Assembly: GCA_001804285.1 (NCBI GenBank)
Contig: MHFR01000060.1
Span: 34,442-98,441 of the forward strand
Reading direction: 5' to 3'
Source: Candidatus Danuiimicrobium aquiferis
GTDB taxonomy: Bacteria; Omnitrophota; Omnitrophia; Omnitrophales; Danuiimicrobiaceae
Length of the DNA: 64,000 nucleotides
Shown here: piece after piece, positions 20,501-31,334 of the stretch
Position numbering within the stretch: position 1 is the stretch's first letter
How the letters are laid out: every line of letters starts with the position of its first letter
The notes under the pieces: model-generated
Database searches by the model: none
What the model was told of the DNA's origin: nothing
Seen by the model: the letters and a program-made list of their open reading frames with translations, nothing else
Position numbers and translations under genes: made by a program

Positions 20501-20620
20501 TTATTAATAATACCTCAGAAATCACTACGCCTACGTACCATAACGCATTTCGGCGTGCAGGACTCTTCGCGATAACGCTATTAGTCAGTCCGAAGAAAAA
20601 TGCTGCTGGCGGTAAATATA

Positions 20621-21913
20621 TTATGAACGAAAATCCCACAATTTGCCGCGGCAAATTGTTGCAACCGCTTTTCCCTTCAACTTTTTCCCGACAAAACATG
20701 AGTTTTTCGATTTTGAAACAAAATCATTTTTATTGACCACCCATTCCTGATCAACATCCACGCACGTCAAATTGGCTTCCGCTCCGGTTTTGATTTCGCC
20801 GAACCCATGGGATAATTTCAAAATTTCCGCCGGCCGGACAGACATTTTCTCGACAAGCATTTTCAAATCCATCTTTTTCGTATGAACCAATTCCGTCAGC
20901 GCCACTCCAAGCGACGTTTCGAGTCCGATCACACCGTCAGGCGCATCCTGAAACTCCAGCATTTTCTCTTCGTCCGTATGAGGTGCGTGATCCGAAGCAA
21001 TCGCATCAACCGTTCCGTCCACAAGCCCCGCAATCAACGCCCGCCGGTCTTTTTCCGTCCGAAGCGGCGGCCTCATTTTAAAATTGGTACAATAACGGTC
21101 AACCGCTTCATCCGTCAGTGAAAAATGATGCGGTGTCACATCCGATGTCACTTTAATTCCTTTCGCTTTTGCATCGCGAATCATGGCAACGGAACCGGCC
21201 GTGGAAATGTGTGTCATATGAATCCGCGCACCCGTGTACTCAGCGAGAATCAAGTCGCGGGCAATCGCAATTTCCTCACTCGCAGAAGGAATTCCCCTCA
21301 ACCCCACTTTCGTGGAAACCAGCCCCTCATTCATCACGCCGGGGCCGGAAAGCCGTCTGTCTTCCGCATGACTAATCAACAGCAGGTCAAGCATCGATGC
21401 ATACTCAAGCGCGTGTCTCATCAGAAGCGAATCCGCCACCCACTCACCGTCATCACTCACCGCGCACGCACCCGCTTTCTTCATATCCGACATTTCGGAA
21501 AGTTCTTTACCTGCGCGTTCTTTTGTAATGGTCGCCGCCGGAAAAATATAAAATGGAACTTCATTCGCCTTCCGGATAATATTGTCGATCACACTTTGAT
21601 GATCGCACGGCGGATTCGTATTAGGCATCGCCACCGCCGCCACAAAACCGCCTCTCAGCGCAGCGCGTGATCCGGTTTCAATAGTTTCTTTTTGTTCAAA
21701 TCCCGGTTCCCGCATATGAACATGCATATCAATCAAGCCGGGAAATAAGTATTTGCCGCTTCCGTCAAACACTTGCGCATTCTCAACCGGTTCAATGTCT
21801 TTTTTAATCGCCGTAATTTTTCCTTTTTGAATCAACACATCCAAAATACCGTCCATTTGATTTTTGGGATCAACCACATGGATTTTTTTAATTAAAAGCT
21901 GAAGATTCGTCAT
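20621..21913 (-). CDS. pyrC: dihydroorotase
   Basis: DMHVHMREPG, MPNT, ASDHAPH. Confidence 0.96.
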   Translation of the reverse strand: MTNLQLLIKKIHVVDPKNQMDGILDVLIQKGKITAIKKDIEPVENAQVFDGSGKYLFPGLIDMHVHMREPGFEQKETIETGSRAALRGGFVAAVAMPNTNPPCDHQSVIDNIIRKANEVPFYIFPAATITKERAGKELSEMSDMKKAGACAVSDDGEWVADSLLMRHALEYASMLDLLLISHAEDRRLSGPGVMNEGLVSTKVGLRGIPSASEEIAIARDLILAEYTGARIHMTHISTAGSVAMIRDAKAKGIKVTSDVTPHHFSLTDEAVDRYCTNFKMRPPLRTEKDRRALIAGLVDGTVDAIASDHAPHTDEEKMLEFQDAPDGVIGLETSLGVALTELVHTKKMDLKMLVEKMSVRPAEILKLSHGFGEIKTGAEANLTCVDVDQEWVVNKNDFVSKSKNSCFVGKKLKGKAVATICRGKLWDFRS

Positions 21914-21916
21914 CTC

Positions 21917-22861
21917 TTACCCCTCAATTTTCTTTCGAGCGCCGCTCAGCAGATAAAGCACCGCCATGCGGACAGCCAAACCGTTCGTCACTTGATCCAA
22001 TATCACCGAAGAGGGCCCATCCATCACATCGCTTGAAACTTCAATCCCGCGGTTCACCGGCCCCGGATGCATAATCACGACATCTTTCTTTGCAACTTCT
22101 AAAACTTTGCGATTGATTTGATAGGTATTCGCATATTCGCGAATACTCGGAAAAAAACATTCGCTTTGGCGTTCCATTTGAATCCGAAGCAAATTAATGA
22201 CATCCGCGTCTTTGATCGCATCATACAAATCATAGATCACTTCAACGCCCAACTCCTCAACCTTCGGAGGAATAAGCGTCTTGGGACCGCACACGACCAC
22301 TTTTGCACCCATTTTCGTCAGGCCCCAGATATTCGAACGCGCAACACGGCTGTGCAGGATATCGCCGATAAACGTCACCTTAACGCCCTCGAGAGTTCCT
22401 TTTTTTTCTTTAATGGTAAACATGTCGAGTAACGCTTGCGTGGGATGCTCGTTAATTCCGTCACCCGCATTGATAAAACTCACATCAAGCCTCTCCGCTA
22501 AACGGTGCGGGGCGCCGGACGCCGGATGCCGCATCACGATAATATCCACTTTGAGAGATTCAATGTTGCGCACGGTATCTTTAATGGATTCTCCTTTCAC
22601 GGTGCTGGAAGTGGCCGCCGAAAAATTAATCGTATCCGCACTTAACCGTTTTTCGGCAAGCTCAAACGAAATCCGCGTCCGTGTACTCGGCTCGAAAAAC
22701 ATATTCGCAACCGTCCGCCCGCGCAGGGTGGGAACTTTTTTCACCGGCCTTGTTGAAACTTCCTGCAGTGATTTCGCCGTATCCAAAATAAGCGTTATTT
22801 CTTCGCGCGATAAATCTTTCAGGCCCACCAAATCTTTCCGCGTCCACGCCGTTTTAGTCAT
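21917..22861 (-). CDS. pyrB: aspartate carbamoyltransferase catalytic subunit
   Basis: [21 protein letters not shown]. Confidence 0.97.
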   Translation of the reverse strand: MTKTAWTRKDLVGLKDLSREEITLILDTAKSLQEVSTRPVKKVPTLRGRTVANMFFEPSTRTRISFELAEKRLSADTINFSAATSSTVKGESIKDTVRNIESLKVDIIVMRHPASGAPHRLAERLDVSFINAGDGINEHPTQALLDMFTIKEKKGTLEGVKVTFIGDILHSRVARSNIWGLTKMGAKVVVCGPKTLIPPKVEELGVEVIYDLYDAIKDADVINLLRIQMERQSECFFPSIREYANTYQINRKVLEVAKKDVVIMHPGPVNRGIEVSSDVMDGPSSVILDQVTNGLAVRMAVLYLLSGARKKIEG

Positions 22862-23402
22862 TTTTGGTTTCTCCCTCGAAGACCACCACGGAATCTTCTT
22901 CGCCGCATTCTTTCAAATTCACAACCACGTCTTCCTGTTTCGACGTCGGAATATTTTTCCCGACATAATCCGCTTTAATCGGCAGTTCCCGGTGTCCTCG
23001 GTCAATTAATACCGCAAGTTGAATGAATTCCGGCCGGCCGAAATCAATAATCGCATCCATCGCACACCGAATCGTCCTTCCGGTAAACAAAACGTCGTCG
23101 ACTAAAATAATTTTTTTACCGCTCACACCAAAATCAATCTCTGTTTCTCTGATATCCGGCTGAGCCCCGATTTCCGTCAAATCATCCCGGTAAAGCGTAA
23201 TATCCAAAAGCCCGAGTTCAATTTCGGTCCCTTCGATTTCCTTTATTTTTTCCTGAAACCGTTTCGCCAGAAAGGCACCACCCGTCCGGATTCCGATCAA
23301 CGCCAGAGCCTTCGCCCCTTTATTTTTCTCTAAAATTTCATGGGCAATTCGAGTAATTGCCCGGGTGATTTCTTCTGAACTCATAATCTGTTTTTGCGGC
23401 AT
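22854..23402 (-). CDS. pyrR: pyrimidine operon attenuation protein / UPRTase
   Basis: [28 protein letters not shown]. Confidence 0.97.
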   Translation of the reverse strand: MPQKQIMSSEEITRAITRIAHEILEKNKGAKALALIGIRTGGAFLAKRFQEKIKEIEGTEIELGLLDITLYRDDLTEIGAQPDIRETEIDFGVSGKKIILVDDVLFTGRTIRCAMDAIIDFGRPEFIQLAVLIDRGHRELPIKADYVGKNIPTSKQEDVVVNLKECGEEDSVVVFEGETKND

Positions 23403-23418
23403 AAATCCTCAAATTTCC

Positions 23419-23579
23419 AAAAAAAAAGCTCACCGTTTTGGTGAGCTTTGAACTTTTTTATAATTGCAGATTGACTTCATTTTCATCCTTTTCTGGCTTC
23501 TCAGAACCAGTTTAAAAGGTTAACTGACCTATTAATGCTTAATTGTGTAAACCTTACCCGATATTTCCATTTTCGTCAA
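23419..23579 (-). promoter_or_regulatory. pyr leader: promoter, PyrR-binding hairpin and attenuator terminator
   Basis: TTGACG-17-TAAGGT; CCUUUUAAACUGGUUCUGAGAAGCCAGAAAAGG (23487-23519); AAAGCUCACC-AAAAC-GGUGAGCUUUUUUU (23419-23448). Confidence 0.85.
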
Positions 23580-23603
23580 GGGCGAAAAATTTGAATAAAA
23601 AAA

Positions 23604-24120
23604 CCACATGATGCTGACCTGTAAGCCGAGTTCTGTCCCCGCCACTTACGTGGCGGGTAATGATCATCTATCTAGGGCGCTGCTTGCGCAAACGCCTCAT
23701 GCGACCAACCCAAAACTTGGGAACGGGCCGTTCCCCCCGGCATCCGCAAAATCAGTGATTCTGCGCCGCCGAGTTCGTTTTCTATTCGGTCTTTCTCCAA
23801 GCGGGGTTTACCATGCGCCCTCCGTCGCCTTCGGGCCGGTGGTCTCTTAAACCGCCGTCACTCCCCATCATTAAATGAGAAATGACGACTGCACTCACTT
23901 TCTATTGATTACTCAATAAGAGTGACTGCCGCCGTTTCACCTTAACCCCCGATTGATGGGTTTGACACCATCAACAAAAGGCTGTTTATTTTCTGTGGCA
24001 CTTTCCATCTTTCACGGCTTTGGCCATGAAAGTCTCTGTGTTACAGAGCGCTCTTGCCCTGTGGAGCTCGGACTTTCCTCCTCCACGAATGGAAGCGATC
24101 ACCCGGTCAACATCATGTGG
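23604..24120 (-). ncRNA. rnpB: RNase P RNA (type A), enlarged
   Basis: GAGGAAAGTCCGAGCTCC, AGTGCCACAGAAAA, GGTAAACCCC and ACAGAACTCGGCTTAC; P1 formed by ccacatgatg termini. Confidence 0.96.
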
Positions 24121-24234
24121 AAAAGAACGATGACGTACAAAATGATTATATCATGAAATTTAAATTATGGTTTTTAACTTCAAAACGATAAAGTAATAAA
24201 AATTTAAAGGATTGGATAGCCTGACAAATATTTA

Positions 24235-25332
24235 TCAATAAACGGCACGGCGGAAGAGAAAAATAGACACCAGCACCATCACTATATTGGGAAGCCATAA
24301 GGAAATCTCGGGCGGCATTGAACCGCTTACTGCCAAGGTCCTCATCCATGCAAAACAAACGTAATAAATCGCGACAATACTCATGGCGATCGTAAAACTC
24401 ACCACTGCCTCGCCGCGGCGCGTAATGATCGCTGCCGGAAGCCCAATCATGGCAAACACAAAAGTCGCAAAGGCGAACGCAATTCTCTTATTAATCTCTG
24501 CTCTGAGGACTCTTTTTTCCTTCGGGGCTTGCGAAATACTCTTATCGTGCTTCAAACGATATAGCAACTCATCAAGCATCATTTCCCTGGGCTTCTTACC
24601 TTTTCCGCCGCTTGCTTTCCCAAGTGTCAAATTCGGAATGGTAAACGTCTCGAAATTCAGCTTATACAAAATCGATGGATCATCCGGATTCGGTTCATCG
24701 CTCGTTCCGTTAAACAACTTAATCGAAAGAGACAGCTCATCTTCACTCGGAATAATTTCACCCGCTTCAGCCAATATTGTCCGCGCCGGACCTTTTTCCT
24801 GCGGCTCATAAATTCTGATTCCTTCCAGCCGTTTCCCCTCTACTTTATTGACCCACATGACATACCCTTCGAAATCTTTGATAAAACGCTCGGCTTCGAT
24901 ATATGCCGTCGGCCGTTTCACCACCATCTGACGGGTCATTTGCCTGAGCGTGTATTGCGCATAAGGTTCAATCTGGTCTACAAGGAAAAGTGAAAAAATA
25001 CTAAGAAGAAACGCCGCCGCAATAACCGGAATCATCACCTTTACGATATTGACACCGCTTGCCTTCATTGCCGTAATTTCATTATTTTGGGCAAAACCGC
25101 CAAATGTGAGAAGAATACTCGCCAGAACACTCGTCGGCAAAATAAATCCAAAGACACTCGGAACCGCAAGCAGCAGCATCACGATCACATCCCAAAGGCT
25201 AACCCCTTTATTCACCAAAAGATCCGCCAATTTCACAAGATGCCCCACCATAAAGATAAACGTAAAAAGTAAAAGAGACATCAGCGTTGGGAAAATAAGC
25301 TCAAAACCGCAATACCGACGAAGAATTTTCAT
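24235..25332 (-). CDS. LptF/LptG-family LPS export permease
   Basis: ILRRY, NEITAMKASGVN, WLPNIV; 6 TM segments with a periplasmic domain. Confidence 0.9.
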   Translation of the reverse strand: MKILRRYCGFELIFPTLMSLLLFTFIFMVGHLVKLADLLVNKGVSLWDVIVMLLLAVPSVFGFILPTSVLASILLTFGGFAQNNEITAMKASGVNIVKVMIPVIAAAFLLSIFSLFLVDQIEPYAQYTLRQMTRQMVVKRPTAYIEAERFIKDFEGYVMWVNKVEGKRLEGIRIYEPQEKGPARTILAEAGEIIPSEDELSLSIKLFNGTSDEPNPDDPSILYKLNFETFTIPNLTLGKASGGKGKKPREMMLDELLYRLKHDKSISQAPKEKRVLRAEINKRIAFAFATFVFAMIGLPAAIITRRGEAVVSFTIAMSIVAIYYVCFAWMRTLAVSGSMPPEISLWLPNIVMVLVSIFLFRRAVY

Positions 25333-25566
25333 TCGGGTTTATCGAACCTTTCTTTTTAACCTGCAGATTCTTATTGTGCCGGGGGCATTGTACACGATCG
25401 GCATGGAAAAATAAAGAATTTGAATATGGACGCCGAATTCGCCATGCCGGATTGATTGTAATTTGCTATGGAATTTGATAGGATTTATTTCGATATTGAA
25501 TTGATCATCATCAATATCATCCTTTAACCGCTTCTATAAAAGAAAATGAAGGAGTGATTATTTCCT

Positions 25567-26115
25567 ATGACTGCTCACAAACTGATGAGAAAAATTGGTT
25601 CTTTTGTATTCCTTTGCGTGCTATCAAACTGCTTGATCGCTAAAGATGCCCATTCAGCAGCCGCAGACCCGCGCATGCAAAAACAGATGCAACAGCAAAG
25701 AGCAATGAAAATGCGCCAAGCCCAAATGATGAATCAGGCCCAACAAGGAGGTCAAAGCCAACCGGGTTTAAATTCCGCTAACCCGTCATCAGCGAATGCT
25801 TCCGCACTCCCGGGCGAAGGCCCTCTTCCTTCTCCTCAGGAAATTAAAGAAACCATCGAACGCGCCCTCAAATCAAGCAGCGAATGGCGTCTTGCAAGTC
25901 AAAACATGAGGGATATTATTGCCGGATACCTCATGAATCAATACAAAGACCGCGGCGCCACCTTTGACAAACCGGCGGCATACTACCGGATGAAAATAGA
26001 TTATTTCGTTACGTCGGATCCGGGCATGTTGACTCAACACACGTTGAAGGAAATTTTCCAGGTCGCGGCTCAGATCAGCCCTGAATATTTTGGGGAAGAA
26101 ACCGAACAAATTTAG
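25567..26115 (+). CDS. secreted hypothetical protein, Q/M-rich N-terminus
   Basis: AAGGAG RBS, signal peptide, 182-aa ORF. Confidence 0.7.
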   Translation: MTAHKLMRKIGSFVFLCVLSNCLIAKDAHSAAADPRMQKQMQQQRAMKMRQAQMMNQAQQGGQSQPGLNSANPSSANASALPGEGPLPSPQEIKETIERALKSSSEWRLASQNMRDIIAGYLMNQYKDRGATFDKPAAYYRMKIDYFVTSDPGMLTQHTLKEIFQVAAQISPEYFGEETEQI

Positions 26116-26119
26116 TTTG

Positions 26120-27379
26120 TTAGTTTGATAGAATGTCGCTTGTGTAAGAATTTCGCCATTCATCCCAAAAATTGCCGTCTTTAATTTTGGAAATGGAATC
26201 CGTCACCTTTGAAACAGACTCTCCTTGATCAATGCGCCTGATGGCTTGATCTATATAGTGACGGTAAGCGGTACCGCGCATCAGAAAAGCCACAAAAGAA
26301 GCTGAAAAACCGTAATAAACAGAATCTTTGTCCCCATACCGGTCCCAAGAAAATATTTCCTTCGGATCGCCACCGGCATTGAGAAACTCTTTCATGTCTT
26401 TAGCACGAGGTATCGATAGTTTCATGGGCAAATAGATTTCCTTGCCATTAAACATCGTATTTTCAAAATGCTCGGCCAAGCCTTCTCCAAGCCATTTCGG
26501 ATATATATTTTGAGTAAACGTGTGCAAAAGCTGATGTGTTGCTTCATGAAACAAAGTTGCATAAAATTTTTGTTTTGATGAATACAATTCCGCCATATTT
26601 TCAAACTTTCTCCAATCGTTATCCCAATAAAAGAGAATCTGATTTTCGACGAAACGGCCAAACCGTCCTCCCGCCACAAGATAACGCGCACTGGTGACCC
26701 CCATTGTCCGGTCGCAATTCAATTGATGTTCTTCACAAAAAGATTCATAGTTCCGTTTGCCTTTAAAAATCCTGATTCGCAATTTGGTGTTAATGGTCTT
26801 ATTTGTCATCCTCGTTTCTTTTTTCAGCAACCGATAAAATCCTTCTAAGATTTTCGCCGTGTCAACACCGAAAGCCTTATTCTCCTCAATTTCAATCTTA
26901 TATGTTCCTGTCGTAATGACAAACCACGGAACTCCGTTTTCATCCGTTTTTGAAATAGCCGGGGAGCTCACATGCGGCAAAGAAACCCAGGAAGATTTGC
27001 CTTTAGACTTGTCGCCATTAGCGTTTTGAGCGCGTAAGTATCTTTTACTTTTTTGTCTAAAGTTTTGATCATAGTCACTCGGCATCACGCCGGTAATCGA
27101 AATAATTTCCTTCCCGCTCGCAGCCTTAGCGACCTCGACCTTGTTCAGGTTTTTAATGATTAATTCTGCGGGTTGCTTTTCAGGGGCAGAGTCTTGCTCC
27201 GCTTCCCGATTCACTTCAGCCGTTATCTCCTGGCTTGCAAACGCAATAGGAATACTTCTCAGACAATCAAGATCCACAGCCAACAGGATGAAAATCATCA
27301 GAAAAACAGTTCTCAAAAAGACTTTTTGTAGCTTGGCCCGTCGAATCGGTTGATTGATCAATTCTTTTCCAGTAGTCAT
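26120..27379 (-). CDS. membrane-anchored HExxH zincin (DUF1570-like)
   Basis: TLFHEATHQ, PKWLGEGLAEHFE. Confidence 0.75.
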   Translation of the reverse strand: MTTGKELINQPIRRAKLQKVFLRTVFLMIFILLAVDLDCLRSIPIAFASQEITAEVNREAEQDSAPEKQPAELIIKNLNKVEVAKAASGKEIISITGVMPSDYDQNFRQKSKRYLRAQNANGDKSKGKSSWVSLPHVSSPAISKTDENGVPWFVITTGTYKIEIEENKAFGVDTAKILEGFYRLLKKETRMTNKTINTKLRIRIFKGKRNYESFCEEHQLNCDRTMGVTSARYLVAGGRFGRFVENQILFYWDNDWRKFENMAELYSSKQKFYATLFHEATHQLLHTFTQNIYPKWLGEGLAEHFENTMFNGKEIYLPMKLSIPRAKDMKEFLNAGGDPKEIFSWDRYGDKDSVYYGFSASFVAFLMRGTAYRHYIDQAIRRIDQGESVSKVTDSISKIKDGNFWDEWRNSYTSDILSN

Positions 27380-27414
27380 TTGAATGGCTTCGCTATTTTA
27401 AAGCTGATTAAAAA

Positions 27415-27480
27415 AAGGGACGGTTCTAAAAACGAAGTGCCCGCAATCATCCGCACCGACTAACTTAGAACCCTCCTCTT
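27415..27480. repeat. REP-like GGGACGGTTCT/AGAACC inverted repeat
   Basis: aagggacggttctaa...ttagaaccctcctctt. Confidence 0.55.
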
Positions 27481-27491
27481 AATATTTGAAA

Positions 27492-27764
27492 TCAAAATCC
27501 CAATTTCTTCTTCATGTCCTTGCCTGCTTTTCCAGCTTCCTTCTGTATCCTTTTTGCTTCCTGCTCGGCATAGCGCTTCACCCGATCGGCCTTGCGCTGG
27601 GCCAGAATTTGGTCTTTTTCAAGGCCTTTCTTCCCCATGGTCGCAAATGAATCGACTATCTTATCAAGAACGTTCTCTTGATATTCAGCAGCGTAGCAAA
27701 CGTTCATTGGCAGACTTGAAAACATCAATGACATTACAAAAAACAACGTTGCTAAACGTTTCAT
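27492..27764 (-). CDS. small secreted hypothetical protein
   Basis: AGGAGG RBS, signal peptide, helical charged body. Confidence 0.7.
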   Translation of the reverse strand: MKRLATLFFVMSLMFSSLPMNVCYAAEYQENVLDKIVDSFATMGKKGLEKDQILAQRKADRVKRYAEQEAKRIQKEAGKAGKDMKKKLGF

Positions 27765-28264
27765 TCTATACCTCCTTTTTTCTAATAACATCACTGCCAT
27801 TGGCAAATTATAAGAGTGGGTAGTTAAAAATCAATCAATAAATAATCATGACCGGTCGGACAAATCGTAATTTTTATAAGCCTCTTGAGCGCAATCATGC
27901 CGATCGTCATTTATTAAAACTCCCCCCTGCCTTTATTAGCGGGTATCTACATCAAGGGTACCCATTTCAAAAATGCACTGCAATTTTGTTAGTACCTAAC
28001 GGACGGCGTGTGGTATGCGGTATGCAACAGGGCACGGGATTGCTAAAGGGCTAATAGTGGGTGCTTATTCCGCATTCTATTTTCGTATTTTGACTATATA
28101 ACTTAGGAGGTGCTAAGGCACGATCACCCCAGCCTGACACGTACAGTAACGCCTCCGATTATTTTGAAAAAAAAGTAATGGCAGTTGTAAAAGTTGATTT
28201 TTCGGTTGTATAATGAATTAATATCTGTTTCCCGCTAAAAAGCTCAATTGGAACTAATACTGTT

Positions 28265-29650
28265 ATGAATGTACGCAGAAATTGGTTAATCGCCGGACTG
28301 ATTATTGTTCTGGTTGTAATCACAGGCCTGATTTCCGTTCGAAGATCCCAACGCGGTTCGAACGATTTTGATACCTACTATAAAGCAGGCAGGGCGGTCA
28401 TTCAAGGCAGCGGAATCTATTATGTAACGGAAGGAAACAACGTTCCGCCAACCGAAGATCATGTCAGTCCCTTCCTCTATCCTCCGGTCGCAGCTTGTTT
28501 TTTTGCGGCCTTTGCTGTTCTTCCGCTTTCAATCGCGAGTTTTTGCTGGAACGCTTTGAACGTCTGTTTTTTTTTCTGGGCCTTGGTCTTGTCATGGCAG
28601 ATTATGCAGCCAAGGCCGCCAAACCTATTGACGGTATTTCAGCGCATTCCGAAATTCGATGCGGTTTTATTCGTCGGAATCGGCTTTTCGTGTTTAATCG
28701 ACAACTTGGCAATGGCCCAGGTAAATATTCTGGTTTTCCTTCTTACCGTCATATCCATTGATTTCTGGCGGAAAAAAAGGGAATTTTGGGGTGGCGTTAT
28801 TCTGTCATGCGCGATCTTAATCAAAGTTACGCCCGCTTTGTTTTGCCTTTACTTTTTGGTCAAGAGAAAACCTAAGTTTTTGGCAGGCACGCTGGCCGGT
28901 GGAATTGTTCTGACTTTATTGATTCCGACACTTATATTTGGGATGGAAGGAAACCGTATTTACCACCGCCAATGGATAGGCCGAAACGTCAAGCCGCTTC
29001 TGATTAATGTCATTCAATATTTTAAAAAGGAAGCGCCGCATCCGGACAAAAAGACACCGGAGCAAATCCGGATGATGCATTTAACCTCCAATTTGCTCAA
29101 GGTCAACCAATCACTGGAAGCTACGATCACAAGACTTTTTTTGAAGAACCGGAATCAGTACGGGCCCGAACGAGGTTATCCAACATATGTTGTCCGCCAC
29201 TACGAGAAATTGCCGGTCATCGGCGGAGGAGTTTCGCTTGAAACTCTTGAAACCGGAGTCCGTATTTTTGAATTGTGTTTGCTGATCGGACTGATGTTTC
29301 TTTTTTTGAGTGTCAAGGCACCGGCTCAGGCAGGGGAATACCTTTACCCGCTGGAATTCTCTTTGATTTATCTGACGATGACATTGATTTCTCCAATCAC
29401 TAGGAGTCAACATATGGTGGTTTGGCTATTTCCAATTTTGGCCGCCATTTGGATGAATCACTGCGTGCCCGAACTTATCCGAGTCCGAAGTGTTATGCTT
29501 TTACGCACCGCACGTACTGCCTGTGTCATCTACTTTTTACAGGGATTACCTTACGGCCAGGCCATCGGAATGGGGACGTGGGCGAATCTAATACTGTGGT
29601 GCGGAATTACCACCGCCTTGCTACAGTTGAATAAAACCCCGCAAAATTAG
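28265..29650 (+). CDS. GT87/DUF2029-family membrane glycosyltransferase
   Basis: NDFDTYY, PFLYPP, AQVNI, LIKVTP, NQSL. Confidence 0.85.
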   Translation: MNVRRNWLIAGLIIVLVVITGLISVRRSQRGSNDFDTYYKAGRAVIQGSGIYYVTEGNNVPPTEDHVSPFLYPPVAACFFAAFAVLPLSIASFCWNALNVCFFFWALVLSWQIMQPRPPNLLTVFQRIPKFDAVLFVGIGFSCLIDNLAMAQVNILVFLLTVISIDFWRKKREFWGGVILSCAILIKVTPALFCLYFLVKRKPKFLAGTLAGGIVLTLLIPTLIFGMEGNRIYHRQWIGRNVKPLLINVIQYFKKEAPHPDKKTPEQIRMMHLTSNLLKVNQSLEATITRLFLKNRNQYGPERGYPTYVVRHYEKLPVIGGGVSLETLETGVRIFELCLLIGLMFLFLSVKAPAQAGEYLYPLEFSLIYLTMTLISPITRSQHMVVWLFPILAAIWMNHCVPELIRVRSVMLLRTARTACVIYFLQGLPYGQAIGMGTWANLILWCGITTALLQLNKTPQN

Positions 29651-29843
29651 AATAATGACCTTGTTTGAGTAATAAAAAGCTTATCAAAGGCCAATAAGTC
29701 AAATGCAGGGCCGTTGACTCCTAAGAAAATTAATTGATTTATAGTACAAACTTCGAAAATTTCCGATATTAAAAAACAAGACATTGTTTTTCATCTCAAT
29801 CTCGTCAACAAAACGAATAACATAAAGAGTGTACATTTTTATT

Positions 29844-30854
29844 TCAAACCATTCCTGAAATAATTCCGGAGTCGTTGGGAGATTGAAAAGGAATGCGCCT
29901 GACTTTCTTCACGCCGGCTTGAATTAGCATCCCTTTAATTTGATTTTCCGAATAGGCATGGCCGCGGTTGGTCCCTAAAAGCATGTTCAGCGAAAAAAGA
30001 GCCGGAAAAAGCGGGCCGTCCATTGTATTGTTTAATATGAATTCGTGGACGATGATCATCCCTCCCGGTTTTAGTACCGAAACCGCCTTTCGGACAATTT
30101 TTTGACAATCTTGACTGCCCTCTCCGTGAAGAATATGAGAAAGCCAAGCAACATCATAAGTCCCGGGAATATGATCCCGCAAGTAATCCACGGCCTTGAA
30201 ATCGATTCGATCCGTTAAATGAAATTTCTTGACGGTCTCTTGGGCGAATGCTTTTGTGGTCGGAAGATCGCAAACGGTCGCTGCAAGTCCGGGATTATTC
30301 ATGCAGAAATGGATAGCATACGTTCCCGGCCCACCTCCCAAATCGAGCAGATGCTTTCGCCCGGAAATATCTATTTTAGCGACAAGCCGCGGAGCAAAGG
30401 TCATCGCAATATTAAACATGCCTAAAAGAAAATTTTTCCGTTCTTCTTTATTGCGTTGAGCAATCCCCGCTCTGATAGGCTTTCCGGATTTCACCGCTCT
30501 GTCCAACTGCTGCCAAGACGCCATCAAACCATGATGATGCAAAATAATATAACCCAGATACTGAGCGGACTCTTTTGAAAGAAACGATAAAGCAGCGGAC
30601 GTATTAGAATACGACTCGCCTTTTTTTGTCAAAAGCTTCATGGCGGATAGTGCATTGAGCAACATCAAAACCGCTTTCTCATTCGCGCCGATATGCCTGG
30701 CGACGCTTTCGCTTGTCAACCGTTTTTTCCTTATCACCGTAAAGATATCAAGTTTCACCGCGGCATGGAGGACACACGTTTCCCAATACGCCCCGGAAAG
30801 CTCCAAGAACCGGCCCGGATTCCATATTTTTATTGAATTTTTCTTCTTTAGCAT
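29844..30854 (-). CDS. SAM-dependent O-methyltransferase (methyltransf_2 with dimerisation domain)
   Basis: AAVKLDIF, LLDLGGGPG, SHILH, LKPGG, FSLNML. Confidence 0.9.
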   Translation of the reverse strand: MLKKKNSIKIWNPGRFLELSGAYWETCVLHAAVKLDIFTVIRKKRLTSESVARHIGANEKAVLMLLNALSAMKLLTKKGESYSNTSAALSFLSKESAQYLGYIILHHHGLMASWQQLDRAVKSGKPIRAGIAQRNKEERKNFLLGMFNIAMTFAPRLVAKIDISGRKHLLDLGGGPGTYAIHFCMNNPGLAATVCDLPTTKAFAQETVKKFHLTDRIDFKAVDYLRDHIPGTYDVAWLSHILHGEGSQDCQKIVRKAVSVLKPGGMIIVHEFILNNTMDGPLFPALFSLNMLLGTNRGHAYSENQIKGMLIQAGVKKVRRIPFQSPNDSGIISGMV

Positions 30855-31160
30855 ACATTCCCCGAAAATAAATCTTCGTCGATAAATTTTTGAACCATCG
30901 GTACCCCTTTCCACCGTACGGCTTATCATCCAGCATGGCACCAGCAGCAGGCTTTTTGCAACCCTCGTAGAGGGTAACACCTCCTGGTTCCTCTACTAAA
31001 TCGTGTTCTGTCGTAGAGCAATCCACAATCAAGCCATTTTCCGACGCTCAGACAATAAAAAAACAATTCTATATTTATTTGCTTTTTCTAAACTCGCGGC
31101 GGAAGATGGCCTGATTGCAGGAAACTATCTGAAATCCTTCCGCGGAGTATCCATATACAT

Positions 31161-31232
31161 GGTCCCGTTTGAAATAGTACCGCTTGTTTTTTGATTTTTT
31201 CCTTATCTTCCGGTACTATTTCAAACGGTACC
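31161..31232. repeat. 22-bp inverted repeat (1 mismatch) with 28-nt loop
   Basis: ggtcccgtttgaaatagtaccg / cggtactatttcaaacggtacc. Confidence 0.8.
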
Positions 31233-31334
31233 TTTATGTTAAACACGATTTCCTGCTTTTGATCAATAGGACACGATAGAACATGGTAGGACATTTTAAT
31301 CTGTAACCCGAACACACCGTCCGGTATTATATTT

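Noticed and set aside
17460-23009. Long antisense or alternate-frame ORFs over carB, pyrC and pyrB (e.g. 17641-18297, 22281-23009)
   Set aside because: Shadows of conserved genes with no independent motifs
30860-31030. SAM or lysine riboswitch before the methyltransferase
   Set aside because: Only isolated words (GTAGAGG, GAAAGGGG, GGTGCC) match; the core pairings could not be assembled
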